From assembly GCA_964352085.1 (NCBI GenBank), contig CAYGPN010000002.1, forward strand, positions 9,545 to 73,544: DNA of 64,000 nucleotides, given 5' to 3'. The DNA is from an uncultured Gammaproteobacteria bacterium. GTDB taxonomy: Bacteria > Cyanobacteriota > Vampirovibrionia > LMEP-6097 > CAYGPN01. This document shows positions 17,961-28,590 of the stretch, piece after piece. The notes under the pieces were generated by a model. That model saw nothing but the letters and a program-made list of their open reading frames with translations, had not been told where the DNA came from and searched no databases. Each line of letters begins with the position of its first letter. Positions within the stretch are counted from its first letter, which is position 1. The position numbers were made by a program, and so were the translations under genes.

Positions 17961-20900
17961 TTATAGAGTTCTTGCAGATACAGAACGTCCATTCACAGTC
18001 ATAACAACTCTAATTGTCTTAGTAGCGTCAGGATTAGTGAATCTAATTCTTCTACGAGATTTGCTAAATTCAAGATCTCCACCGTCAACAGTAGCAGTAG
18101 TACCATCAGTGTTGATTAAGACAACCACAGTTTCTGAAGGAAACTTACGATTACTCTTAGCTTTAAGAACTATCTGACCGCTTGAGTTTGTCTTAACTGT
18201 ACGTAAGTTAACAGCTCTACCAACTCTTGGTTGAGAGTTATCTAAGGTAATAGTACCGTCAACACCATTCGCTGAAAGTGCGAAGTTAGGAGACTTCGCA
18301 TTAACGATTGCAAAGAATCTACTACCAACTTGCTCAACAGTTATTCCGTTAATTGCAGCAGTAGCTACAAAGTCAGCGAAATCAAATCCAACAGTGTTAC
18401 CAGTAGTAGTTGGGTTGTCAATTAACACAGCTACTTTACCTCTATTAGGGTAAATGATACCCGGAATAGATGTGATACTACCGATGAATTGTGGAGCAAC
18501 CACTTGATCTTCAGCAGTTAGCGTGATGATCTGAAGTGGAGATGATGCTTGAGCTGATGTAGGGAACTGCTGTAAAGATAAGCTAGTTCCAGGAACTACA
18601 TTAACACCAAGCTGGAAGCTACCATCAGGTTGAACTGTAGTAATTACAGTATCAGCAGGACTACCATTTAGTGCTGTTAAAGATACCTGAGTACCTGCTT
18701 CAGCAACACCTGATAGACCAGTAACAGTAGTTAATGTCTCACCAACTGCAGTTTCTGTAGTGTCAACAGCGATTGAAGTTCTGTCTTCAGCATCAGTAAG
18801 CAAGTTGTATGAACCATCATCTAGAGCAGTAACAACTGCACCTGCAAGTCTTGGAGTACCAGTAGTTGCAAATGTGTTGTAGTTAGCAACAGATGCGCCG
18901 TTTGCAGCAGTGTTTGCATCATCAAACTGAATTTCAGCTTGACCTTGCGCTGCAGAGTTTTGAGTTGCAGTAGCTTGGAATGAAAGTTGTCTAATACTTT
19001 CAACGTTAGTACCAATACCTCTGATGTTAGCTGCAATTACTTCACCAGCAACTAGAGAGCCACCAGTAGAAGTTGTAACAGGAGCATCAGATCCAACAAC
19101 AACCTCTTCAACGTTCACACCACCGTTATCATCAGCCAAGATACGAGCAATGATATCAGTAGAAGCTAATGGAGTTGCAGTACCAGCTACTCTTAAACCT
19201 TCGATACAGATAGTAGTCATCTCATCACTTGGGTTAAGCGCGCCTGTAGCAACTCTACGTGCTAATTGAACTCTGAATTCGTTTGCACCAGTACCAGAAG
19301 CAGCAGCGCCTACGTTTACAGTTGTATTAGGAATAGCAGCAGTTGGAACTATTGAAGTACCATCTACAAACATTCTTGGGAATGCACCAGCACCATTAGG
19401 GATTAATCTACTAGCTGAGCTTGTAGTTAAACTCAAGAACACTCTTGAAATAGCAGTAGTGTTAAGAGTACCTGGAGTACCTCTTACTGCATCACCTATA
19501 GGGATAGCACCTTCGAAGTTCTCAGTAACACAAACAGTACCGATTGGATCACCAGCAGCAGGAGCTGTACCAACTACTAAGTTAACGCTACTTGTTGGAG
19601 TAGAAGCTAATGTAGTTTTGATAGCACCTTGAGTTACTTGATCGTTAACGATGTAAGTAGCTGTAGTACCAGTGTTTTGGAATGTAGATAGAGCAAAGTT
19701 ACTAAATGTAGTAGTCAATGGCTCTAAGAAACCAGTAGTTGCAGCAGTTACGTTAGTACCAGCATCACCTGTTAATGCAACTTCAGCAATTGATTGGTGA
19801 AGAACATCATCAGTAATCGCAGCAGTACCTAAAGTATCAACTAACTGAACTTCAACTGAAGGGATAGTAGCTGAGCTAGGACAAGCAAGTGCTTTAGTGT
19901 GGATTATTAACGCTAACTCATTAATGATAGAAACTGGAGTTGCAACTTCTGTAAATGTACTTACATCAACAAAAGCATTTGGGAAACCAGTAGTTATCGG
20001 CTGAGTAGTAGCAATTACAGCATTAGCTAAACCAGCTGAGAAATTAAGCGCAAATGGAGCAGGAGCAGCACTTGAAGCGTTGTTAATATCACAACCCTTG
20101 AACAAGAATCTGATTCTCTCGTTAGCACTTAAGTTATTAGCAGCAGTAAAGTCACCAGCAGCAGCAGCAGACAGAAGTACCGCACGACCTAGAGAGTTGT
20201 AAAGAGCTCTAGCACCACGAACGTTAGGTGTAGTTGTACCTAAACTACCACCTGGAGTAAGTGCAGGATCTTCATCAACTAGGCTGAAACCAGTACCAAG
20301 TGCTTCCGCACGTGTATCGATAGTAGTGTTTGCACCAGTTAAAGTAGCTAAGCTGAATAACTGGAAGTTGTTTGAAGCATCAAGCTTAAGAAGCTGAGTT
20401 TGACCACCATCAGTTGGAACAACTTGAGCGCCTAAACCTGAGTTGAATGAACCATTAGGAAGTAATTCCATAACTGTTCTCTTGATACCACCAGCAGGTA
20501 AACCACCACCAGTAACAGTAACAACTAGTTTTAAACCAGCATCTTTAACAGCTGTAGTGATGTTAGAAACAACACCAAATGGTCTAGCGATAACCATAGG
20601 TCTAACGCCTGTGAATTTATCGTAACCAAGGATTAACTGAGCAGTCTCTGTAGCACTGATCACTTTACCAACAGCAATAACGTTTTCATTAGTCGCTACG
20701 CCAGTACCAGCTACAGATCTAACAATGAAACCTCTGTTGTAAGCACCAGAACCATCATTTGCTGTGTTAGTAGAAGCAAAAGAAATTCCGTTAGCATTAG
20801 TATCAGGTGAAATATCGCCACCATCTTCAGAACCAGTACCTAGTAAGAAATGAGCTTTGTCATTATCAACTACTGGCATGTGAAGAGCAGAAGCTTGAAG

Positions 20901-22781
20901 TAAGTCATTAGCACCATCTAATGCAGCACCTAAGTTTGCATCAAGAGTAAGTGTTTGTGCAGTAGCGCCAGTTGGAACAGCAGAAGCTGCAATGTTAACA
21001 CCTCTTCTTTCAAGGATGTTACCAGTACCACCAGCATCAACATCTTCAAGTAAACCATACTCAAAAATTGAATCGCCAGCAGGACCTAAAGTACCAGTAG
21101 CAAACTGAGCACCCGGAATAGTGATTTGGTTGTTACCAGCAGTAACAGCGTTAGGTAATGCAGTTACTTGAGCCATGTCAAGGAAACCATCAGCACCACC
21201 AGCAACTCTATCAGCACCTGTAGTCTGAGCGTTACCAGTAACTGAGTTAGTGTAAGAAGCTGTTTGACCATCGATAGGTAGTAAGTTAGCTGAAGCACCA
21301 ACAGTTTGGTCAGCTATAACAAGCGCACCAAAGTCAGCAATTGCATCAACATCACCACCAGCTGCATCATCAGCGATGTTGAATAAAGCACCTAAAATAC
21401 CATCTCTAAGCTCAGTAGCCGCAACGATGTTACCAGTACCTCTAGCACAACCAGGATATCTACAACGACCAGTTGGGAATTCAAAGTCAACTCTGTCAAG
21501 CTCGAAAGAAGCTGCAGAAGCGCTGCCATTTGAATCTTCTAGTGTGTATTGGAAAGTATAAAGTGCATTAGAAGTGTTAGGGAAAATACTAGAAGATGCA
21601 GGATCTAAACCAGTAAGAACCGCATTACCTGCACTTTCTGTTTGAACTCCACCAGTGATGTTGATAGCTGTAGTATCAAAACCTGAATGGAAGAACTGAG
21701 TAGTTGCATCAGATTCAGCAAGCTCAGCACCAGCTAACATCAAGATTTCTGGGTCAACGTGAGTGATAGCACCCGCTGGACCAGTGAAGCCAGGTTGTAC
21801 GTTTAAAGTAGTACCTGTTACTTGGCTAGCAAAAACAGTTTGACTGTTACCGCTAAGTCTAGCAGCACCAGCTGAGAAGTTACCGTCAGCTTCGCCAACG
21901 TTAACAGCTGTAAGTCTTGCACCAGCACCTAATTGAGCAACTTTAACCGCTTGGTTGTTAGTAGTATCAGTAAGCGCGCTACGAACGTCACCACCGTTAC
22001 CAGAAATACCACCAGTTAATGGCTCTTCAAGTAAACCTGAAATATCACCAGTAGTTACTGGAGTTGAAGAAGGATCAACAGCTAAAGCCATACCAGTAAT
22101 GTCTAAAATTACTTGGCCTGAGTTAGTGAATGTACCAGTAGTTTCTGTTCTAGTGATGTAAACTACGATATCACCAGGTTGAACGTCTAAGTTAGTACCA
22201 AATCTAGCAGTATTAGCAGTTGCAGTGATTACAGCAGCTTGAATAACTAAACCAGTACCGTTTCCGCCACCAGCAGAACCAGGAAGACTAGCTGTAGAAG
22301 TTACAGAAGTAACGTTGCTTAAAAGAGCAGCACCATCGATATCTCCATAATCTTGAACAGTATTAACTTCAACGTAGTTTTGCGCTTTAACAAATTGACC
22401 AGTAATAGTATTTGTACCATCAGCAGCTCTTGGAGCTTTGATGATGATTACTGAAGGGTTAACTGGCTCACTACCACCTGTAGTAGTAAGTAAGTCACCG
22501 TCAGCACCGATACCAAAATCGTTACCGTTTACATAGTTAGCCTGTGGAGCATTCACTTGAAGAATACTTGCAGGAATTGTCATTCTAACTTGAACTGGAA
22601 CTACGGCTTCGTTACCACCAGTAGTGGTATTACCCGGTTTTTGAACAACCGTTAAAGTCGTAGGAATCCCTTGCCCGTTTAATAAACCGGAAGCAAGAGT
22701 TGTCGCATTAGCTGGAACTACAATAGAACTCAAGCTAAATGCCGTAAGTAAGAGTAAGGCTAAGCCTTTTCTTAAACTCAT
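17961..22781 (-). CDS. Giant Thr/Gly/Ala/Val-rich secreted surface protein (S-layer or adhesin-like), ~1606 aa
   Basis: The start was moved from the track's 22889 to the ATG at 22781, which has an AAGGAG SD and the classic signal peptide MSLRKGLALLLLTAFSLSSIVVPANA. Charged residues are very scarce. Confidence 0.65.
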   Translation of the reverse strand: MSLRKGLALLLLTAFSLSSIVVPANATTLASGLLNGQGIPTTLTVVQKPGNTTTGGNEAVVPVQVRMTIPASILQVNAPQANYVNGNDFGIGADGDLLTTTGGSEPVNPSVIIIKAPRAADGTNTITGQFVKAQNYVEVNTVQDYGDIDGAALLSNVTSVTSTASLPGSAGGGNGTGLVIQAAVITATANTARFGTNLDVQPGDIVVYITRTETTGTFTNSGQVILDITGMALAVDPSSTPVTTGDISGLLEEPLTGGISGNGGDVRSALTDTTNNQAVKVAQLGAGARLTAVNVGEADGNFSAGAARLSGNSQTVFASQVTGTTLNVQPGFTGPAGAITHVDPEILMLAGAELAESDATTQFFHSGFDTTAINITGGVQTESAGNAVLTGLDPASSSIFPNTSNALYTFQYTLEDSNGSASAASFELDRVDFEFPTGRCRYPGCARGTGNIVAATELRDGILGALFNIADDAAGGDVDAIADFGALVIADQTVGASANLLPIDGQTASYTNSVTGNAQTTGADRVAGGADGFLDMAQVTALPNAVTAGNNQITIPGAQFATGTLGPAGDSIFEYGLLEDVDAGGTGNILERRGVNIAASAVPTGATAQTLTLDANLGAALDGANDLLQASALHMPVVDNDKAHFLLGTGSEDGGDISPDTNANGISFASTNTANDGSGAYNRGFIVRSVAGTGVATNENVIAVGKVISATETAQLILGYDKFTGVRPMVIARPFGVVSNITTAVKDAGLKLVVTVTGGGLPAGGIKRTVMELLPNGSFNSGLGAQVVPTDGGQTQLLKLDASNNFQLFSLATLTGANTTIDTRAEALGTGFSLVDEDPALTPGGSLGTTTPNVRGARALYNSLGRAVLLSAAAAGDFTAANNLSANERIRFLFKGCDINNASSAAPAPFALNFSAGLANAVIATTQPITTGFPNAFVDVSTFTEVATPVSIINELALIIHTKALACPSSATIPSVEVQLVDTLGTAAITDDVLHQSIAEVALTGDAGTNVTAATTGFLEPLTTTFSNFALSTFQNTGTTATYIVNDQVTQGAIKTTLASTPTSSVNLVVGTAPAAGDPIGTVCVTENFEGAIPIGDAVRGTPGTLNTTAISRVFLSLTTSSASRLIPNGAGAFPRMFVDGTSIVPTAAIPNTTVNVGAAASGTGANEFRVQLARRVATGALNPSDEMTTICIEGLRVAGTATPLASTDIIARILADDNGGVNVEEVVVGSDAPVTTSTGGSLVAGEVIAANIRGIGTNVESIRQLSFQATATQNSAAQGQAEIQFDDANTAANGASVANYNTFATTGTPRLAGAVVTALDDGSYNLLTDAEDRTSIAVDTTETAVGETLTTVTGLSGVAEAGTQVSLTALNGSPADTVITTVQPDGSFQLGVNVVPGTSLSLQQFPTSAQASSPLQIITLTAEDQVVAPQFIGSITSIPGIIYPNRGKVAVLIDNPTTTGNTVGFDFADFVATAAINGITVEQVGSRFFAIVNAKSPNFALSANGVDGTITLDNSQPRVGRAVNLRTVKTNSSGQIVLKAKSNRKFPSETVVVLINTDGTTATVDGGDLEFSKSRRRIRFTNPDATKTIRVVMTVNGRSVSARTL

Positions 22782-23479
22782 TTTTTCTCCTTTATGTTTT
22801 TTCATGATTTTCATGGATTTAATGGCGTCTAAGAAGCTCAGCACAATAGCTAATCTACTTAGAACACTACACAGTTGAAATATTGACATCTTTACCCACC
22901 TAGGTCAATAGTGTTTAGGCTTTTTTTAGTTAAAGAAAAGTAAATAGTATTTGTACTATAAGAATTTTTAACAATTTTCGAAAGCTGCTGAATAACTAGC
23001 ATTGATAGAAGTCATTTTTAGTTCCAAGTGCTCGATTAAAAAATATTAATCTAAGCTTCATAAAATAAGACTCTCAAAGCACCTTGATAACTGCATTTCT
23101 AAAATAGCTAAAGCGAAGAAATTTGCTAACACAAATTAATTTTTGGGTCTTCTTTCTTTTTGCTTAATTTTCTTTCAAACACTGATGATCATTGGGATTG
23201 ATTGGTTTTACTTTTGTTTCTTTCTGAACTTTTTTTTATTTTCAAAAATACAAAATAGCGAGAACACAAGACCACCTTAGCTTCCCAACCTTATAGTCGG
23301 GCTATAGGCTTGGCCAGCCATGCTAAACATTTAGCACTATCAGTATCAAAGCCTTTCAGGAAAAGGATTTGCTTCAAAACACCGCCTAGCAACTCTAGGA
23401 AATTTAAAAAAAATAATCTAAATAAGTTTCATAATTTAAAAACTTATGCAAATCTACCTATCTTTGTATAATTTGAGTA

Positions 23480-24079
23480 ATGTATTCTTATCTAAAAGGA
23501 ATCGTTAGCGAAAAAAACATTGATAACTCAAGTTTTGTGCTTGAGCTTAGTGGTATTGGCTACCAAATATTTTGTAATGTCAAACTACTTGGCTCTATCT
23601 CATTAAACGATAGTCTACAAACATTCATAAGTTGCCAATTTAGAGAGGATAGCCAAAAACTTTATGGTTTTAAAGATAAAGCCAGCAGAGATATATTTGA
23701 CATACTTAATTCTGTTTCCGGTGTTGGACCCAAAGCAGCACTTAGCATTCTAAATTTATTTGAGCTAGATGAGCTCGTTAGTGCTGTGCTTAGCGATAAG
23801 CCTAAATTAATAGCTGAAGCGCAAGGCATAGGTCCCAAAACAGCTAAAAGAATCATATTAGAGCTGCATAACAAGCTAAATAAATTTAACAAGCAAACAA
23901 GAAGCTCAGAATCTACAGGCAATGAAGAGGTTAGGCTCATTTTAGTAAATTTGAGCTATTCTGAAAAAGACATTGATGCGGCCCTTGAGTCTGCAGCAAA
24001 AGAGAATATCTCTGAAGATACTGAATTGCTAGTGAAGTATTGCCTTAAATACCTATCTAAACAAATGATAGCTGGATAA
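23480..24079 (+). CDS. ruvA: Holliday junction DNA helicase RuvA
   Basis: An OB N-terminus and an HhH pair (GVGPKAALSIL, GIGPKTAKRII); 199 aa. Confidence 0.85.
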   Translation: MYSYLKGIVSEKNIDNSSFVLELSGIGYQIFCNVKLLGSISLNDSLQTFISCQFREDSQKLYGFKDKASRDIFDILNSVSGVGPKAALSILNLFELDELVSAVLSDKPKLIAEAQGIGPKTAKRIILELHNKLNKFNKQTRSSESTGNEEVRLILVNLSYSEKDIDAALESAAKENISEDTELLVKYCLKYLSKQMIAG

Positions 24080-24083
24080 AAAT

Positions 24084-25664
24084 TTGAGAAAAACACTCGT
24101 ATTACCAATAATTTTATTTTGCTTATGCCTATCAACATTGGGATACGCGAGTTCCACAAAAAATCCAGAATTTTTGCCTGGCAAATTAATCATAAAGACT
24201 AAAAAGAGTTCTGAAAAGCAAAAAGCTTTAAAAGCTATGCTGGCTTTTACTAAAGATGAGAGCAAAATCAAGCCGCTACTTATAGATAACTACTTTGTTT
24301 TAGATATTGGCAAAAAAAATAATATAAGGAATGCATTAAGGCAAATCAATACTAGAAAATTTCTGAGCTTTGGGACTTATGAGATCGAGGCAGCTTACCC
24401 CAACTATATATATGAATTAGTTAGCACTGATGACCCTATCGCAAATGATCAATACGCTCTGACCAATTTAAACGCTGAAGAAGCTTGGCAAAAAAATCTT
24501 GGCGAAGGATCTGTCGTCGCTGTAATCGATAGTGGTATTGACTATACTCATGAAGATCTAAAAAATAATATCTGGATAAATGAAGCTGAAATTCCAGATA
24601 ATGGTATTGACGATGACAACAATGGTTTTATAGATGATATTCGTGGATACGATTTTATTGAAGAAGCACTTTTTAGTTGTAATCAAAAAGAAGATTGTGA
24701 TACAAGAGACAACGATCCTTTTGATATTTCTGGTCACGGCACTCACGTTTCTGGAATTATTGCTGCCGAGCAAAATAATGGAATCGGCATATCAGGAATT
24801 GCACCAAAAGCAAAAATTATGCCACTTAAAGTTGCATTTAGCGTAAGTGGGCTTGCTGGCTCCGTGGTAGTTAGTGATGTTATTGATGCAATTATCTACG
24901 CAAAAAATAATGGCGCTGATATTATCAACCTTAGTCTTGCGGGTCCACAATTAATAGTTTTAGAAAATGCGATAAATGAAGCTCATGAAGCTGGTGTTCT
25001 TGTGATTGCTGCTGCGGGCAATCGATCTAGCAGTGAGGAAACTTTTCCTGCTGCTTTTGAAAACGTTTTATCAGTTGGCGCTGTTAATGAAGCAAATGGT
25101 AAAGCTCCTTTTTCTAATTTTGGATCTTGGGTAAATCTCGCTGCACCAGGCAACGCAATACTTAGCACTTTACCTGGAAATAAATATGAATTTTTATCGG
25201 GCACTTCTCAAGCCGCACCTTATGTAGCTGGAGTAGCTGCACTAATAAATGGCAAGGACAAACTTAACCGTTTAACTAATGAAGATATAAAAAATAGAAT
25301 TTTAAATTCTGGTCAAAGTTCTGATTTTGATTTTCGTGATGAAAATTTCAGGCTTATTTCCCTAAAAGCACTCAATGCAGCCATTAACTTCCCTCTAGAA
25401 GTTGATCAAATGGAACTGCCATCCAAAGCTCGCAAAAAAAAGAAAGTCACTTTTATAGGCTCTGGCAGTGACTCGGACTCAGAGATAATTGGCTATGAGT
25501 GGACATCTAATAAAGATGGCTTGCTTAGCGAAAAAGCTAGCTTTAGTACTAGAAAACTCTCTAAAGGCAAACATAGAATCTCTTTAAGAGTAAAAAACGA
25601 GCTCCAAGAATTCTCAGAGCCCGTTATTAAAGAAATTAAGATTAAAAAACGCCGTAAGAACTAG
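24084..25664 (+). CDS. Secreted subtilisin-like serine protease (S8)
   Basis: TTG start plus signal peptide. Catalytic Asp (VIDSGID), His (HGTHVSG) and Ser (GTSQAAPYVAG) are present. Confidence 0.85.
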   Translation: MRKTLVLPIILFCLCLSTLGYASSTKNPEFLPGKLIIKTKKSSEKQKALKAMLAFTKDESKIKPLLIDNYFVLDIGKKNNIRNALRQINTRKFLSFGTYEIEAAYPNYIYELVSTDDPIANDQYALTNLNAEEAWQKNLGEGSVVAVIDSGIDYTHEDLKNNIWINEAEIPDNGIDDDNNGFIDDIRGYDFIEEALFSCNQKEDCDTRDNDPFDISGHGTHVSGIIAAEQNNGIGISGIAPKAKIMPLKVAFSVSGLAGSVVVSDVIDAIIYAKNNGADIINLSLAGPQLIVLENAINEAHEAGVLVIAAAGNRSSSEETFPAAFENVLSVGAVNEANGKAPFSNFGSWVNLAAPGNAILSTLPGNKYEFLSGTSQAAPYVAGVAALINGKDKLNRLTNEDIKNRILNSGQSSDFDFRDENFRLISLKALNAAINFPLEVDQMELPSKARKKKKVTFIGSGSDSDSEIIGYEWTSNKDGLLSEKASFSTRKLSKGKHRISLRVKNELQEFSEPVIKEIKIKKRRKN

Positions 25665-26254
25665 TTGAATTTAGTTTTTGGCTTTACTACAGCATCTTTT
25701 TCGCTAATCTTCTTAGATTTTTCCACAGAATCTATAGTAAGAATTTTAACTTCAAAAGTTACATCTTTACCCGCCAATGGATGATTGTAATCAAGCACAA
25801 TCTCCTTATCATCAAGCTTAACTATAGTTGCACTTTGACTCACAGGTTTTTTAGTTTCAGGATCAGTATGACTAGAACTAAAGACCGCGCCAGGCTTAGC
25901 ATCAAAACCTTCATCAAACTTTACTTGCTCTCGTCTTAAAGTAATGATGCGCTTAGGATCAAGATTTGGCATAAAATCTTTTGCTTTAAGTGTGAATTTC
26001 TTAGTCCCGCCCTTTTTAATACCCACAAGAGCTTCTTCAAATTTAGGTGCAATCATATTATTACCAACTAAAAGAGTCATAGGCATTTTTTCTTTATTTG
26101 TCTCAAACAATCTTCCATCCGGGAAATAAGAGCTAACTTCTAAGGTCACCAAACTCCCCATTGCGACTTTATCGCCCGTCAATGCAGTGCAGGCATTAAG
26201 TCCCAAAAACATAGAAATTACCAAGCCAAAAATTAGATTTTTCATAATCACCAT
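25661..26254 (-). CDS. FKBP-type peptidyl-prolyl isomerase lipoprotein (SlyD/FkpA-like)
   Basis: Lipobox LNAC, then an FKBP core (GSLVTLEVSSYFPDGRLFETN...LDYNHPLAGKDVTFEVKIL). Confidence 0.7.
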   Translation of the reverse strand: MVIMKNLIFGLVISMFLGLNACTALTGDKVAMGSLVTLEVSSYFPDGRLFETNKEKMPMTLLVGNNMIAPKFEEALVGIKKGGTKKFTLKAKDFMPNLDPKRIITLRREQVKFDEGFDAKPGAVFSSSHTDPETKKPVSQSATIVKLDDKEIVLDYNHPLAGKDVTFEVKILTIDSVEKSKKISEKDAVVKPKTKFN

Positions 26255-26308
26255 TTTAAAAAAAATATCAACAAAAAATCAAGTATCCACTAAAACTCTT
26301 TATTAATG

Positions 26309-27973
26309 CTAGTCTCTAAAACCCTTAATAGAAGGTTTCTGTCCTTTCTTAGCTTTCTTCTTAGGAGCTTTCCCTGATAAAGCTTTCATGCCCGGCATGC
26401 CACCGCCCATTTGCTTCATAGCTTTTTTCTGTTTTTTAGACATCGCGCCTTGCATCATCCCGCCAAGCATATCCATCGGGGAGGCAAAGCCTCCACCACT
26501 AGAAGGGTCACTAGACTGCCCAGAGAGAGTTGCTACATCTTGAGCGCTCGGATCACCGCCTTCAGACAAAGTGTTTCCCTGCATCATCTGAAGCATCGGT
26601 CCAAGGTTTTTAAACATTTTACGCATCTTGTCGAATTCAGAAATTAACTGATCGATATTATTATCAGAAAGCCCGCAGCCTTTAGCAATTCTTCGCTTGC
26701 GAGACTGGCTCATAATTTCAGGCTCGCGCCTTTCTTTAATCGTCATGCTGTTAATTGCTGCTTTAAATTTTGCAGTGCGCGCTTCGCCCTGCTCAAGCAT
26801 ATTTTCTTGGTCAGCTGATCCTAGTCCCATCTGGCTCATCATCGATCCCATACCAAGCATCTTAAACATCGATCCCATATCACCAATCTTCGACATCATT
26901 TTTTGTGCCGCCATGAAAGTTTCGTAATTAAAAGTGCCTTTTAATAATTGAGCTTCAAGACGCTTTGCTTCTTCTTCGTCAATTTTCTCTTGAGCTTTTT
27001 CTACAAGCGAGACCACATCGCCCATCCCTAGGATGCGGCTTGCCATGCGATCTGGGTGAAACTGCTCTAAATCTTCAAGCTTTTCGCCAACAGATGCTAG
27101 CTTAATAGCTTTTTGTGTTGCCTCAACTACTGAAAGCGCCGCGCCACCTTTAGAGTCACCATCAAGTTTTGTAAGCAAAACTCCAGAGATTCCAATTTGA
27201 GTATCAAAAGTCTCAGCAACATTCACAGCCTCTTGTCCAATTAGAGAATCGATCACAAGAAGTTTTTCATTAGGCTTAATGAATTTTTCTAGAAGCAATA
27301 ATTCAGCCATCAGCTCAGTGTCTACCTGCAAGCGACCAGCCGTGTCATAAATAATCGTGTGGATATCATTATCAGCAGCGTATTTTTTAGCTAGCTTTGC
27401 CACATCAGTTATAGATTTGACTTTTTCTTTTGAGCTATGCGCGCCGGCTTCAAGAGTCTCAGCTTCTATACCATCATCAGCCTTAACACCCTCTGTTAGA
27501 AAATCTAGAAAATCCACTTCAGCTTGCTCAGCTAGAACTTTAAGTTGTTTAATTGCAGCAGGTCTTTGCAAATCACAAGGAACTAAGAGCGGTTTTTTGC
27601 CTTCTTTCTTTAATTTATAAGCGAGCTTGGCTGCAGCAGTGGTTTTACCAGCACCTTGAAGACCTAATAAAAGAATCGCACCAGGCTCAGCAGAAATCTC
27701 ACTCGCCTCCCCGCCTAAAATTTCAGTAAGCGCATCACTAATAATTTTTACAAACTGCTCGCCAGGTTTTACACCACGAAGCACTTCTTCGCCTAGCGCT
27801 TTTTCTGTTACGCGCGTCGTAAATAATTTAACAGCCTTTAAACTAACGTCAGATTCTAAAAGCGCGCGACGCACTTGCGAAATTGACGCTTCAAGATTAG
27901 TCTCGCTAATCTTTTTTTGACCGCGAAGAGACTGGATAGTGTCTTGAAGTTTATCTGTTAATGCGTTGAACAC
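26309..27973 (-). CDS. ffh: Signal recognition particle protein Ffh, with a long Gly/Met/Lys-rich C-terminal tail
   Basis: NG domain GLQGAGKTT, DTAGR, and a Met-rich M domain; 554 aa. Confidence 0.9.
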   Translation of the reverse strand: MFNALTDKLQDTIQSLRGQKKISETNLEASISQVRRALLESDVSLKAVKLFTTRVTEKALGEEVLRGVKPGEQFVKIISDALTEILGGEASEISAEPGAILLLGLQGAGKTTAAAKLAYKLKKEGKKPLLVPCDLQRPAAIKQLKVLAEQAEVDFLDFLTEGVKADDGIEAETLEAGAHSSKEKVKSITDVAKLAKKYAADNDIHTIIYDTAGRLQVDTELMAELLLLEKFIKPNEKLLVIDSLIGQEAVNVAETFDTQIGISGVLLTKLDGDSKGGAALSVVEATQKAIKLASVGEKLEDLEQFHPDRMASRILGMGDVVSLVEKAQEKIDEEEAKRLEAQLLKGTFNYETFMAAQKMMSKIGDMGSMFKMLGMGSMMSQMGLGSADQENMLEQGEARTAKFKAAINSMTIKERREPEIMSQSRKRRIAKGCGLSDNNIDQLISEFDKMRKMFKNLGPMLQMMQGNTLSEGGDPSAQDVATLSGQSSDPSSGGGFASPMDMLGGMMQGAMSKKQKKAMKQMGGGMPGMKALSGKAPKKKAKKGQKPSIKGFRD

Positions 27974-27992
27974 AGCTTATGATTTTAGCAAA

Positions 27993-28505
27993 TTATTTCA
28001 ACAATTTACTAATGAGAGCTGGTCTTATAGCTTTAGGCTCAAAAGCCCCTTTCAAAGGTCCTGCAGCATCTTTTAATCTCTCTTTAATCTGCTTTTCTAA
28101 AAGATCTCTTTGGTCTAAAGTTTTCAGAAAAGACTTAACTAAATCAATGACCTTGTCTTGAACACTTACTAACTCGTTTAGAAGCATTTGTGCATCACTA
28201 GCTGATTTTTCATCAGCTTTAGCTCTATCAGAAAAGCCTAAATTAGCCAAGAAGTCCTTACGCTTAAGAGGCTTAGAGGCTTTTTCCATAGCAAGTTCCA
28301 GCTTAGCTGCAGAATCTAGAAACTTAAAGAAAGTCTCAAAAGATCCAGCTTCTCTTTCAGCTGATAGAGCTTTAAGTACTTCTTCCTGATCAAGCTTTGA
28401 AAGCTCTGCTCCAAAGTTTAATAAGACCACAGGTCGCTGTGGAGTTCTTGCTAAGTCTTCTGACGTCTTAAGAAAACTGTTTACTAAATTAATATGAAAT
28501 CTCAT
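27993..28505 (-). CDS. Hypothetical protein
   Basis: 170-aa ORF with consistent codon usage and no domain. Confidence 0.4.
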   Translation of the reverse strand: MRFHINLVNSFLKTSEDLARTPQRPVVLLNFGAELSKLDQEEVLKALSAEREAGSFETFFKFLDSAAKLELAMEKASKPLKRKDFLANLGFSDRAKADEKSASDAQMLLNELVSVQDKVIDLVKSFLKTLDQRDLLEKQIKERLKDAAGPLKGAFEPKAIRPALISKLLK

Positions 28506-28590
28506 ATAATCCCCTTTCTAAAAAGGATTATAGCAATCAAAAAGTCTCTAAAAAAGAAGAGATCCTAAAGGACCTCTTCTTAAATTAATT

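Noticed and set aside
18821-22161. Several 60-80-aa ORFs on both strands inside the giant surface-protein gene (18821-19036, 19024-19269, 20443-20625, 21376-21561, 21955-22161)
   Set aside because: They are antisense or shadow ORFs generated by the repetitive low-complexity coding sequence, and have no independent signals.
22782-22889. The track's upstream start of the giant surface protein (an extra 36 aa, MSIFQLCSVLSRLAIVLSFLDAIKSMKIMKKHKGEK)
   Set aside because: The downstream ATG at 22781 has a canonical AAGGAG SD and yields a proper signal peptide. The extension would bury the signal sequence.
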